Origin: an uncultured delta proteobacterium
GTDB taxonomy: Bacteria; Desulfobacterota; WTBG01
DNA length: 64,000 bases
Reading direction: 5' to 3'
Assembly: GCA_963793865.1 (NCBI GenBank)
Contig: CAWCBP010000001.1
Coordinates: 128,001-192,000, forward strand
Made by a program: the position numbers and the translations under genes. The notes beneath the pieces were generated by a model that ran no database searches, had not been told where the DNA came from, and saw only the letters and a list, made by a program, of their open reading frames with translations. Shown here piece by piece: positions 11,539 to 21,415 of the stretch. Positions within the stretch are counted from its first letter, which is position 1; the number at the start of each line of letters is the position of its first letter.

Positions 11539-12864
11539 ATGGCCAAGAAATATGATCTCATCGTAGTTGGTGGCGGTACCTCCGGACTGGAGGCTGCAAA
11601 AACCGCCGCTCAAAATGGATTGAAGGTGGCGCTGCTGGAACGAAAAACGCACCCGGCCAAAATTTACCGGGCATGTGCCCAGATGTTTCTCCTGAACATG
11701 GATTCTTTTTACAATGAGCACATGTACTTCTCCCGCGAGCAGAAGAAGTGGATCTTTCCGGTGAACAACTTTACCGTCAACTACCGGGGCAACTACCGTG
11801 AATTTTACGCGCTGCATTTCATCGGCCCCAACGCGGTGGACAGGATCGAGGTCGGCGACTATGAGGCCAACCAGTCGGGCCGGGGGATTCCCGCGGTGGT
11901 GTTCGACAAGGGAGCGCTGCTCGGCGGCCTGTATGAAGAAGGGCTGGATGCGGGAGTCAATTATTTTCTCGAGCGGGGCGTGGTTGACGCGCGCAAGACG
12001 CCGGAAGGCATCGAGGTGAGAACCGACACGGGCGAAAGATTCCTGGGGACATTCTGCATTGCCGCGGACGGGGTCAACTCAAGGATGGCACGGATATTCG
12101 GGATCAACCGCGAAAGGATTTTTCTCCACACCTCCAGCGCGATCAGCTACTACGTAACCGGCGTCAAATTTGACCGGTCTGAAATGATTTGCCTGGGGCT
12201 CGGCCATGATACCGGCGGCCTGGGGGTGATCCAGTTCTGCCTGCTGCCCAGCGTGTACCGGGAAGACGAGTACTGGCTCTATATCGTGGGTGAAGAACGG
12301 TTTGACTATCTGGTCAACCGCAGCCCCTTTAAAAAGTGGTTTCACAATCTGCAGGTGACCCACAAGCGCTGCGCGGTTACCAGCAACTTCAGCCCCGCCA
12401 GGGAGCCTTTTAAGGACAATGTGGTCTTTGTGGGAGACAGCGTCTGGTTTGCCGAGGCGGAAAATACCGGAGCGCTGCTCTCAGGCCACAAGGCGGCACA
12501 CGCGGTCAGCAAAGCGCTGCACACGGGGCAGATAAACCGGGAGGGGGTAATTGACTATATCGAATGGTGGAAGCGCAATTGGCCCGAAACGCATGACTAC
12601 CGTGAGTTTCTCGGCTATCCGGTGTTCAACCGCATGTTTAACGAAGAGGAGCACCTCTATCTGCACCGGATTGTTACCCAGAAGCTGCCCTGGACCGTCA
12701 ATCCCTTCAAGCTTTATCAAGGCATCATGCAGGGAATCAAGCCCCACATTGAGCAGATAAAGCAGGAAAAGCCCGACCTCGCAAAAAAGATACTCGGGTT
12801 CAGGCCGGAGATGACCCCCCGGGTCATGAAGCGGGTGGCGCGCGCCGGATACCCGCCCCTGTAG
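11539..12864 (+). CDS. NAD(P)/FAD-dependent oxidoreductase (geranylgeranyl reductase/FixC-like)
   Basis: YDLIVVGGGTSG Rossmann motif, IAADGVNS, VFVGDS. Confidence 0.85.
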   Translation: MAKKYDLIVVGGGTSGLEAAKTAAQNGLKVALLERKTHPAKIYRACAQMFLLNMDSFYNEHMYFSREQKKWIFPVNNFTVNYRGNYREFYALHFIGPNAVDRIEVGDYEANQSGRGIPAVVFDKGALLGGLYEEGLDAGVNYFLERGVVDARKTPEGIEVRTDTGERFLGTFCIAADGVNSRMARIFGINRERIFLHTSSAISYYVTGVKFDRSEMICLGLGHDTGGLGVIQFCLLPSVYREDEYWLYIVGEERFDYLVNRSPFKKWFHNLQVTHKRCAVTSNFSPAREPFKDNVVFVGDSVWFAEAENTGALLSGHKAAHAVSKALHTGQINREGVIDYIEWWKRNWPETHDYREFLGYPVFNRMFNEEEHLYLHRIVTQKLPWTVNPFKLYQGIMQGIKPHIEQIKQEKPDLAKKILGFRPEMTPRVMKRVARAGYPPL

Positions 12865-13020
12865 GAGAGATGTGTTGCGGAAGAGGCCAGATTCCAGAAT
12901 TCAGGAGACAGCAGCAAGAAGCGGATGATATGGGATCTGCGATGTGCGATCGCGTGAAACCCGCTAGGAGCGGCTTGTCGAACATTTCTGATTTCGGAAT
13001 GCGGATTTCGGAAGAAAAAC

Positions 13021-13070
13021 AGGAGGCCGTATCCAAAACTCCAATACTCCAGCACTCCAGTATTTGACAT
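13021..13070 (+). repeat. 50-bp dispersed repeat; inverted copy at 14901-14950 (47/50 identical)
   Basis: AGGAGGCCGTATCCAAAACTCCAATACTCCA..ACTCCAGTATTTGA.AT on opposite strands. Confidence 0.85.
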
Positions 13071-13114
13071 CCAAGAGTCAGGAGGCAGTATCCACTACTC
13101 CAGCACTCACGGCT

Positions 13115-13834
13115 TTAGCCGCGAACGACCCACTTTTTAAACCAGCCCAGGCTCAGTAAGACGGCTTTTTCACGAAGGCGGGGATCAATGATGCTATGGT
13201 CCCCGCCGTTTATTATCTCCAGCCGCCGGGGTTCATGTGCCGAGTTATAAATACGCTCCGCGTGATGAAGGGGGACAAGTTCATCGCGGTCACCATGGAT
13301 GATGAGCAGGTTTTTGACCCCGGGCACAAATGCGGCCGCGGAGTATTGTTGTGCGTCGTCAAAAAATCTTTCCCTGATTATGCCGTCGGAGCTTGCGGTG
13401 ATTGCATCGCGAAGCTCATTAAAGCTGAACGGTGTTGCCCATGCGGCAACCGCCCGTATTTCTTCCCGGCAGGCCGCGACAAGCAGAGACACATACCCTC
13501 CCATGCTGCTCCCCAACAAACCGATGGGCTGAGGGCCGCCCGACGGGCGAGCCTTAATAAAATCGATGGCCGCGAGAAGGTCCTCTTTTCTCCCCGTCAC
13601 CGTCGTGTCTGCAAGGGCACCTTCGCTCTCACCGCATCCTCCAAAGTCAAATCGCAGAACGGTGAAGCCCTCTTCCGCGAAGCGTTCCCCCAGCTCGATG
13701 AATTTATCGCTGTCCTTGCTGCTGAGGAGGCCGTGCGAGGTGATGATGCATCCCTTGCTTTCATTGGCAGGGTGATGAATGATCCCTGCCAGCTTTCCGG
13801 ATGGTGAAGGGAAGGATACGGTTTCCTGTTTCAT
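13115..13834 (-). CDS. Alpha/beta hydrolase (serine aminopeptidase S33-like)
   Basis: SHGLLS, RFDFGGCGES, GSSMGG, IIHGDRDELVP, GGDH triad motifs. Confidence 0.9.
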   Translation of the reverse strand: MKQETVSFPSPSGKLAGIIHHPANESKGCIITSHGLLSSKDSDKFIELGERFAEEGFTVLRFDFGGCGESEGALADTTVTGRKEDLLAAIDFIKARPSGGPQPIGLLGSSMGGYVSLLVAACREEIRAVAAWATPFSFNELRDAITASSDGIIRERFFDDAQQYSAAAFVPGVKNLLIIHGDRDELVPLHHAERIYNSAHEPRRLEIINGGDHSIIDPRLREKAVLLSLGWFKKWVVRG

Positions 13835-13867
13835 GAGATGATTACGTGCGCGGAGTGCGAGAGGCTT

Positions 13868-14896
13868 TCAGTCGTTGTCCAGTGAGTCGGGAGGGGGTGC
13901 TTCTGCTTCTGCGGCGCCGGCATCCTTCGCGGCTTCTTTCTGCGCTTCTTCCTTTTTCTCTTCTTCCTTCAGGTCGTTGACTGTCTTGTTGATGGTGTCA
14001 AACTGATACTTGCCGATCAGGAAGATGGTCTTCTTTGCCTCGCTCTTGGCGTAGTACTGCGCCTTCTCCTCGTTTTTTTTGCCGATGTGCAGCTTCTGCT
14101 CTATCTGGTCCTTGAGAATAACGGTGGCGGTGAGTTGAGGATTATCGATCTCATATTTAGCCGTGTCATAATCTTCTGCAAACCCCAGCCCGCTCAGCGA
14201 TGAAAGGGTGGTAACCATGGTGTTTACCATTTCCGGTTTCGCTTTTGCCCCCTCGGGTTTGGTAATATGCCACTCATCCTTTTCATTTTTTTCCAGGACA
14301 ATCTCTTCCCGGGCCGTTTTCAAGCTGAGCCGGGTTGCCATGTCGGCGGGAAATTTGAATATGGTTTTATCCCGCCAGCCTTCAACCGTCTTGTCAAAGG
14401 TGGAGGTTACGGCCGCCACCTGGAGGACCTCGTCGGATCCCTCTTTTCTCACGTAGTTGCTGAAGAAGTCGGCACCGATCTTACCGATGTAGAAGTGCGC
14501 CAGTATTTTGTCCCCGGCATCGAAAACCTTTACCTCCAGACCCCTGGCGGGCGTCACTTCAAATATGTCCTGCTTTCCCGGATTTTTCGATGCAATGTTT
14601 TCGCGCTTGAATCCGGCGACCGTCTCCAGGGCGCTTTGCACCGCTTCCGGATCAGCGGTGAAACCATCGGTACCGCTGATCTGCCAGGCATCTTCCTTTT
14701 TCTCCAGAACAATGTCTTTGCCCGTACTTTTTACCGCTATTTTTGCTGCGGCATCCTGAGCAAAGCCTGGAAAGAGGGTGGGCACTCCCTGCGCTTTCTT
14801 TCGCGCCTGCTCTGATAAGGGGCCTTCGAACAGGTAGACAAAGACAAGCAGAATAATAAACAGTCCAAAAAGTATAACGGTAGTTTTTGTTTTCAT
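13868..14896 (-). CDS. DUF4340 domain protein (Gld-like ABC-associated)
   Basis: N-terminal membrane anchor, duplicated domain with WRDKTIF motif, position after GldG-like gene. Confidence 0.8.
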   Translation of the reverse strand: MKTKTTVILFGLFIILLVFVYLFEGPLSEQARKKAQGVPTLFPGFAQDAAAKIAVKSTGKDIVLEKKEDAWQISGTDGFTADPEAVQSALETVAGFKRENIASKNPGKQDIFEVTPARGLEVKVFDAGDKILAHFYIGKIGADFFSNYVRKEGSDEVLQVAAVTSTFDKTVEGWRDKTIFKFPADMATRLSLKTAREEIVLEKNEKDEWHITKPEGAKAKPEMVNTMVTTLSSLSGLGFAEDYDTAKYEIDNPQLTATVILKDQIEQKLHIGKKNEEKAQYYAKSEAKKTIFLIGKYQFDTINKTVNDLKEEEKKEEAQKEAAKDAGAAEAEAPPPDSLDND

Positions 14897-14954
14897 TTAA
14901 ATATCAAATACTGGAGTAATGGAGTATTGGAGTTTTGGATACGGCCTCCTGGCG

Positions 14955-15024
14955 CCTGAACCCTGAACCCTGAACCCTGAACCCTGAACCCTGAACCCTG
15001 AACCCTGAACCCTGAACCCTGAAC
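14955..15024. repeat. Perfect heptamer tandem repeat (CCTGAAC)x10
   Basis: Ten exact units counted between the GldG-like and DUF4340 genes. Confidence 0.95.
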
Positions 15025-15040
15025 CACCCTCTCTCTCCTC

Positions 15041-16657
15041 CTACAGCTCCACCGCGCTCTTCTTTCTTCTCCTTCTCACATAAAAGCGCACGATGCCGAA
15101 GAAGGCCAGCGCCACGGGGATCCCGAACATGTTAAGAGATTTGACGAGCGTCTTCTGATATTCCGTGGTTTCCCGGAGGGGCCGGTCAGTGGCGCCGCGG
15201 GAGCGGATGCCGATGAGCTGATCTCCCAGGGTAAGCCAGTCAACCAGATTGAGAAAGAAGACCTGGTTGTCGTCAAACTGGGTAATAACATCATTGGTGA
15301 TAAAGCGGGAGTTGCCCACCACCACGATTTGTGTTTCAGGGCTTTCCCTGATGGTTTCTTTTTGTGGAGGGGCTTCAGTGCCGTCCGCCTTCTTTGCCGC
15401 GGGGGGTACTGGCTTGCCGGCAAAAAAGCTTTTGAATTTCCCGGAGGCGGCAGCCGCCAGCAGATAGCTTTGCATCTGCGTGCCCGGCTTGATGAATTGC
15501 TGCTGGGGATCGAGCATGTAGAAGCCTTTTTGCAGCCATGATGATTCCGTGGACTTGGCCAGCTCGGTTATGGCAATTCCCGGCATCTTCTCGCCGGCCA
15601 GGGTAAGCGAGCTGACCCAGGGCAGAACCAGGGACTCCAGCATGCTCACGGCGGGGTTGTCCGCCGCGAATCCTTCGCTCACCACCTTTACCCAGAAGGG
15701 ATAGGGAATGCGAAAGGTCATGAAGCCGCTGCGAAACGCGGCGTAGGCGTTGGAGGCGTCAAGCACCAGGTTTTCTTCGACGGTGATGCCGTAATGCTGC
15801 AGGAGTTCATTAATAGCCGGCTTGAAGCTGGTTGCCTGCAGACCTTCGCGCATTTCCACGGTATCGACCAGGAAGACCGCCTTGCCGCCCCGCATGATAA
15901 ATTGATCAATGGCGTATTTCTGCCGGTCGGTAAGGTCGCGGGGACCCGCCAGGATGAGGGTGCTTATTTTGTCAAGCGCCTGCTCATCATCAAGCTGAAT
16001 CTGCGTGACCTCGTACTGCTTGGAAAGCAGCTGGTTGGCCGCCTGGTACTCCTGATCGGCCGGCGGCGTCAGGGGTGTGCCCGCATACAGGCCCACCTTC
16101 TTGGTTTCTTTCGAGGTAACCTTCAAAATGGCGGAGGTGAGGTCATACTCCAGGTTTTTGGTGTCGCTGATGAAAGGGATGACCTCCTTTTTGTCCGCGT
16201 AGAAAATGGCCATGCCCAGGTAGGCGTTGGTGAGCTGCGCCTGGTCTTTTTCTATGATGTTGAGCTGCACCTGGGGTATGCCCATGAACCTGAGCTCCTG
16301 CTGCAGGGCCGGATCCTCAGTGGGATCGATGGATGTGACGGCTATGTTGCCCGCCGCATACGCCCTGTATTCATCGAGCAGATCGTTGATGTCCCGTTTC
16401 AGGTTGACAAGGTAGGAGGGGAGCTTTTGCGAAACATAGAGCTTGATGTTGACAATGTCGTCCAGCCCGGCCAGGGACTGCCTGGAGGAGGGGGTAAGCG
16501 TATAGCGCTTGTCATGGGTAAGGTCGATCCTGCTGAAGTGGCGGTAAAAGAAAAAATTGAGCACCGCCAGAATGCCGAGCACGATCAGGGCGATGACCGT
16601 ATAGTTGGTGGTGTGCTTAATGCGCCGCCGTGAGGACGCCGAACTTCCTACTTCCAT
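15041..16657 (-). CDS. GldG-family ABC transporter auxiliary component
   Basis: RIDLT.DKRYTL, NLEYDLTSAILKV, IDQFIMRGGK, N..FFLNLVDWL, C-terminal TM. Confidence 0.9.
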   Translation of the reverse strand: MEVGSSASSRRRIKHTTNYTVIALIVLGILAVLNFFFYRHFSRIDLTHDKRYTLTPSSRQSLAGLDDIVNIKLYVSQKLPSYLVNLKRDINDLLDEYRAYAAGNIAVTSIDPTEDPALQQELRFMGIPQVQLNIIEKDQAQLTNAYLGMAIFYADKKEVIPFISDTKNLEYDLTSAILKVTSKETKKVGLYAGTPLTPPADQEYQAANQLLSKQYEVTQIQLDDEQALDKISTLILAGPRDLTDRQKYAIDQFIMRGGKAVFLVDTVEMREGLQATSFKPAINELLQHYGITVEENLVLDASNAYAAFRSGFMTFRIPYPFWVKVVSEGFAADNPAVSMLESLVLPWVSSLTLAGEKMPGIAITELAKSTESSWLQKGFYMLDPQQQFIKPGTQMQSYLLAAAASGKFKSFFAGKPVPPAAKKADGTEAPPQKETIRESPETQIVVVGNSRFITNDVITQFDDNQVFFLNLVDWLTLGDQLIGIRSRGATDRPLRETTEYQKTLVKSLNMFGIPVALAFFGIVRFYVRRRRKKSAVEL

Positions 16658-17364
16658 TTTCTGCTCTCGACTGCAAGGGTATTGAGAAAGAGAAAGAAAC
16701 CGATGATTGAAAGATAGTAGAGAATGTCACGGGTGTCGATGACCCCCCGGCTGATGCTTTCAAAGTGGGCGCCGAGCCCGAGATAGGTCAGGAGAGGCGC
16801 CGCCATGGCCGGCGCCGACATTAAAACCAGATCCTCGCCGATGATGAGGAAGGCGAAGCAGGTGACGATGCCGACGATGAAGGCGATGATCTGGTTCCTG
16901 GTGAGCGAGGAAATGAAAAGTCCTATGGCCAGGTAAGCTGCCCCCATGAGCGATGCCCCCAGGTAGCCGCCGATGATGGTGCCGGTTTCCGGCCTTCCCA
17001 GGATGTAGAGCGTGAGCACCAGGGGAAAGGTGAGCACCACCGACAGGAGCATGAAGATAAAGCCGGATAAAAATTTCCCCAGCACCACCTCGTAGTCCTT
17101 GAGCGGCAGGGTCATCAGCACCTCGATGGTCCCCATTTTTTTCTCTTCCGCCCAGGCGCGCATGGTGATGGCCGGGGCCAGGATGAGGAACAGCCAGGGC
17201 AGGATGCTGAAGAGCGGCCGCAGATGGGCCTGGCCGAGCAGGAAGAAGGTGCGGAAGAAGAGCCAGCTTGAGAAGAGCAGGAAGGTGATGATGAATATAT
17301 AGGCAATGGGGGAGTTGAAGTAGCTCCTGAATTCCTTTTTAAAAATGGTAAGTATGTTTCGCAT
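16648..17364 (-). CDS. ABC-2 permease (GldF-like)
   Basis: KKEFRSYFNSPIAY, TMRAWAEEKKMGTIE.L.TLP, multiple TM segments. Confidence 0.9.
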   Translation of the reverse strand: MRNILTIFKKEFRSYFNSPIAYIFIITFLLFSSWLFFRTFFLLGQAHLRPLFSILPWLFLILAPAITMRAWAEEKKMGTIEVLMTLPLKDYEVVLGKFLSGFIFMLLSVVLTFPLVLTLYILGRPETGTIIGGYLGASLMGAAYLAIGLFISSLTRNQIIAFIVGIVTCFAFLIIGEDLVLMSAPAMAAPLLTYLGLGAHFESISRGVIDTRDILYYLSIIGFFLFLNTLAVESRKWK

Positions 17365-17368
17365 GCGG

Positions 17369-18307
17369 TTAGGCTTCCCCGGTGGTGAGTTGCAGGAAGA
17401 TGTCTTCCAGGTTGGCCGTGTCCTTGTAAAGCTCGGTCAGGCTCCAGCCGTTTTGCGAGACCATGAAGAAGAGCTGCTCGCTTATGTCCGCGCCGGGGGG
17501 GCTGATGATTTCGAAATGATTAAGGTCGCCGTCGCCGGTTCGAGGGGTTTCAACCGCCTTGACCTTGTCCAGCGCCTTCAGCTTTTCCCGGACCTGCTGC
17601 AGCGGGCCCCTGATGGAAATATGAACCACCTCTCCACCCCGTGCCTTGGTGGACATTTCTTCGGGCGTTCCGCTTCCCACTATCCCGCCCCTGCTGATGA
17701 TGATGATGCGGTCGCAGGTGGCGGATACCTCGGGCAGGATGTGCGAGCTTAAGATGATGGTCTTTTCCCTGCCGATGTTTTTAATCAGCTCCCTGATTTC
17801 AATGATCTGGGTGGGGTCAAGTCCGATGGTGGGCTCGTCGAGAATGAGAACGTCGGGGTTGTGGAGCAGCGCCTGGGCGAGACCAACGCGCTGGCGGTAT
17901 CCCTTGGACAGCTCTCCGATCTCCTTTCTCAGCTCGCTGCGGAGGCCGCAGAGATCCACGACGTGTTTGATGCGGGACCGTCCCTCTGCAGCGGTGATGC
18001 CCCTGATGCTGGCAATAAACTCCAGGTAGTCTACGATCCCCATGTCCATGTAGAGCGGATTGTTTTCCGGCAGATAGCCGATCAGCTTCCGCACCTCAAG
18101 GGAATTTTCGGACACGTCGAAGCCGGCAATGGTCGCCGTTCCGGAGTCGGCAGGGTGGTAGCAGGTGAGGACGCGCATGGTGGTGGTTTTCCCGGCCCCG
18201 TTCGGCCCCAGGAATCCCAGCACCTCACCTTTCTTTACCTCAAAGGTCACGTCGTTCAGCGCCCGGGTAGGTCCATAGTTCTTGCAGAGATGGTTTGCCT
18301 TGATCAT
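17369..18307 (-). CDS. ABC transporter ATP-binding protein (GldA-like)
   Basis: GPNGAGKTT, LSKGYRQRVGLAQAL, LILDEPT. Confidence 0.92.
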   Translation of the reverse strand: MIKANHLCKNYGPTRALNDVTFEVKKGEVLGFLGPNGAGKTTTMRVLTCYHPADSGTATIAGFDVSENSLEVRKLIGYLPENNPLYMDMGIVDYLEFIASIRGITAAEGRSRIKHVVDLCGLRSELRKEIGELSKGYRQRVGLAQALLHNPDVLILDEPTIGLDPTQIIEIRELIKNIGREKTIILSSHILPEVSATCDRIIIISRGGIVGSGTPEEMSTKARGGEVVHISIRGPLQQVREKLKALDKVKAVETPRTGDGDLNHFEIISPPGADISEQLFFMVSQNGWSLTELYKDTANLEDIFLQLTTGEA

Positions 18308-18474
18308 GGTGTCAGCAACGCGAAACAGGGATTGTGATTAAAGGGGCAACCGGTGATTTTTAAATCAGCGAGCGTCCGGTTTTGAATGCAAATCAATATG
18401 ACAGCGGATTTTAAGGAAAGCGCCATCTCTTGTCAAGCAAAAATCATCCCTTGCTTTCTCCCCATGACGCAGTT

Positions 18475-18502
18475 GTAGGGGCGACCGGCCGGTCGCCCCT
18501 GC
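18475..18502. repeat. GTAG-type REP palindrome
   Basis: GTAGGGGCGACCGGCCGGTCGCCCCTGC. Confidence 0.8.
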
Positions 18503-18623
18503 TTTTTCTGATTGGTTGGAGTTGAAATATGCTATAGTAGGCGCGGAAGCATGGAAGTCAGCGCTTGAAGTACGTGCGATGTCACGATCTCATAAAATTT
18601 TCTCATCAGGTGCGAAGGAAATA

Positions 18624-20465
18624 ATGTTCGGGTTCACCGGCAGGCTGCTCTGTGTTGATCTCTCATCAGGCAGCAGTTCCATAATCAATCTTGAAGAAAA
18701 AGTTGCCCGCAGCTACCTCGGGGGTAGCGGGCTGGGCGCCTATCTTTTGTCCAACATGGATTGGTCGATTGAGCCGCTTGATCCGCGCAGCAGGCTTGCG
18801 TTCGTAACCGGCCCCTTGACGGGAACCCCCGCGCCCCTGTGCTCCCGCTATTCGGTTTGCGCCAGGTCCCCGCTCACTTCCATCTGGGGCGAGGCCCATG
18901 CCAGCGGCTTCTGGGGACCGGAGCTGAAATCGGCAGGTCTTGACGGCATAATCATTGAGGGAAAGGCGAAGCAGCCGGTCTATCTTTTGATCCACGATGA
19001 TGCTGTTGTCATCAGGGACGCGCGCCGCCTCTGGGGCAAGGATACGTACGCGACGGAGGATGCCCTGCGGCAGGAACCGGGAAGCGGGCAGATCAGGGTT
19101 GCCTGCATAGGACCGGCCGGTGAAAAGCTTTCGGCCATGGCCTCCATCATCAATGACCGGGGCAGGGCGGCCGCCCGTTGCGGTATCGGCGCGGTGATGG
19201 GATCAAAGGGGCTCAAGGCCATCGCGGTGCGCGGCACGCAGCCGGTAAGGACGGCGCAACCGGAGGAGCTGCGCCGCCTTTCTAAAACACTGGTTAAACT
19301 GGCCCGCGAGTCCGCCGCGGGGAAATATCTCGGGGAATACGGGACAGACGGGGGCATGGACCCCTTTCATGAATTCGGTGACGTGCCGATTAAAAACTGG
19401 AAGCAGGGGGCCTGGGAAGAGGGGTGCCATAAGGTTTCGGGTCAGGCGATGAAGGAGACCATGCTCACCGGCCGCTATGCCTGCAAGGGATGCCCCATCG
19501 GCTGCGGCAGGATCGTGGAGGTGAAGGACGGGCCTTACAGGGTTCTCAAGGGAAAGGGACCGGAATATGAAACGGCGGCCGTCTTTGGCCCGCTCTGCCT
19601 CAATGATAATCTGGAGGCAGTGGCCATGGCCAACGATCTCTGCAACCGGTTCGGGCTTGACACCATATCAACCGGGGCGGTTATCGCCTTTGCCTTTGAA
19701 TGTTTTGAAGAAGGTCTGATCACCACCGGGGACACCGACGGGCTGGAGCTTGTATGGGGTAATGGGGATGCCATTGTCAGCCTGGTTGAGAAGATCGGCA
19801 GAAGAGAAGGGATTGGTGATGTGCTGGCTGACGGCTGCAGGAAGGCAGCGGAACATATCGGTGGAGAAGCACCCGCATGTGCCATGCACATCAAAGGTCT
19901 GGAGCTGCCCATGCACGATCCCCGCGCTTTCAGCAGCTGGGCGGTTTCTTACGGCACCTCCAATCGCGGGGCATGCCACATCCAGGCGCCGACCTTCTGG
20001 GTGGAGCGGGGGCTTACCTTTCCCGCCATCGGGCTTGATAATCCCGGCGACCGGTTCGCCTGCGAGGGGAAGGGCCGGCTCACCAGGATATTCCAGGACT
20101 TCTGCGAGGTGGTGGAAGCAGCGGGCATCTGCAAGTTTGCCCTCTATGGCGATTTCCGCTCGCAGCAGGTCATCTCGCTGCTGCGCTGCGCGACAGGATT
20201 CGATTTGGAGCAGGATGAGGTGATGAGGATCGGAGAGCGGTCCTTCAATCTCAAGCGGATGATCAATGTGCGCTGCGGGATATCAGGCAAGGATGACCGT
20301 CTGCCCGAACGAATTTTAAGCCTGGCCCTTCATGAGGGCGGAACCAAAGGTTACCTGCCCGATCAGCAGAAGATGCTTGCCGAGTATTACCGGGAGAGGG
20401 GCTGGGATGAAAATGGGATCCCCACACCGGAGAAATTGAGGGAGCTGGATTTACAAGTAAAATAA
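18624..20465 (+). CDS. Aldehyde:ferredoxin oxidoreductase family (tungstopterin)
   Basis: SPLT, GAVMGSKGLKAI, CKGCPIGC, GPEYET, GLDTIS, SNRGACH, YYRERGWD..GIP. Confidence 0.93.
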   Translation: MFGFTGRLLCVDLSSGSSSIINLEEKVARSYLGGSGLGAYLLSNMDWSIEPLDPRSRLAFVTGPLTGTPAPLCSRYSVCARSPLTSIWGEAHASGFWGPELKSAGLDGIIIEGKAKQPVYLLIHDDAVVIRDARRLWGKDTYATEDALRQEPGSGQIRVACIGPAGEKLSAMASIINDRGRAAARCGIGAVMGSKGLKAIAVRGTQPVRTAQPEELRRLSKTLVKLARESAAGKYLGEYGTDGGMDPFHEFGDVPIKNWKQGAWEEGCHKVSGQAMKETMLTGRYACKGCPIGCGRIVEVKDGPYRVLKGKGPEYETAAVFGPLCLNDNLEAVAMANDLCNRFGLDTISTGAVIAFAFECFEEGLITTGDTDGLELVWGNGDAIVSLVEKIGRREGIGDVLADGCRKAAEHIGGEAPACAMHIKGLELPMHDPRAFSSWAVSYGTSNRGACHIQAPTFWVERGLTFPAIGLDNPGDRFACEGKGRLTRIFQDFCEVVEAAGICKFALYGDFRSQQVISLLRCATGFDLEQDEVMRIGERSFNLKRMINVRCGISGKDDRLPERILSLALHEGGTKGYLPDQQKMLAEYYRERGWDENGIPTPEKLRELDLQVK

Positions 20466-20481
20466 CCATTGAGGAAACGGA

Positions 20482-21240
20482 ATGAAAACAGTGATGATGC
20501 TTGCGGTACTCATATGCATCTTTCTTCCCGCACCGCCTGCCTGCTCTCAGCAGGCGGATGAATTGATGCGCGAAGGTGATCTTCTCTGGCAGGCAAGGGC
20601 TGAAGAGGGGAACGCCCTCTCTTCCATTGATGCATATAAGCGGGTGCTCGCAATCGATGCGCACAACTATGCTGCCTGCTGGAAAATTGCCCGCTCGTAC
20701 TTTTTTCTCGGGGATGCGCTTCCCGAAACGGATGAGATGAGGGACCGGCACCGGGAGATGGGGGAGCAGGGGATGCCTTACGCGAAAAAAGCGCTGGGGG
20801 TGAATCCCGGCGGCATCGAGGGCCATTACTATTATGCCCTGTGCATAGCTGAATACAGCATCGGCATCAGCATCGTGAAGGCGCTGGCCAAAGGCCTGGG
20901 GCCCGAGTATGAAAAACATGTGGGAAGGGCGCTGGAGATAGACAGGCTATACGACGGCGCGGGGCCTTTGCGCGCCATGGGCAGGTACTGGTACAAGCTT
21001 CCCTGGCCCAAGCGGGATATCAAGAAATCCGTTCAATATTTAAAGGAAGCTGCGGAGGCTGCTCCATACAGCATGCGCGGAAGGGTCTATCTGGCGGAGT
21101 CATATTTAAAGGGAGAAGACAGGGGGCAGGCTCAGGCGGAACTCCGGAAGGCACTGGAGATGCAGCCCGACCTCGCGCGCGAGATTGATGCCGCCCGCTG
21201 GCAAAAGCGGGCGGGGGAGCTGCTCAAGGAAAATTTTTAG
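20482..21240 (+). CDS. Secreted TPR protein (TRAP T-component/TatT-like)
   Basis: Signal peptide; TPR-like helices; YDGAGPLRAMGRYWYKLPW motif. Confidence 0.65.
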   Translation: MKTVMMLAVLICIFLPAPPACSQQADELMREGDLLWQARAEEGNALSSIDAYKRVLAIDAHNYAACWKIARSYFFLGDALPETDEMRDRHREMGEQGMPYAKKALGVNPGGIEGHYYYALCIAEYSIGISIVKALAKGLGPEYEKHVGRALEIDRLYDGAGPLRAMGRYWYKLPWPKRDIKKSVQYLKEAAEAAPYSMRGRVYLAESYLKGEDRGQAQAELRKALEMQPDLAREIDAARWQKRAGELLKENF

Positions 21241-21415
21241 GAGGATTTCATTATTGGCATAGGTTGTAACTTTATTGTAGCCGCAGGCTTCAGCCTGCGC
21301 ACATCTGCACGGGATGGGGTTTCTTAAATTGCGGCTAAATCAGGGAAAACGCGCAAGCTAAAGCTTGCGGCCTTACGCCAAACGCAGCTGCGGCTGCTCC
21401 TCCAGTTTGACTTCC

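Noticed and set aside
14955..15024. Eukaryotic telomere contamination
   Set aside because: The tract is internal to a coherent bacterial operon, among other short intergenic repeats
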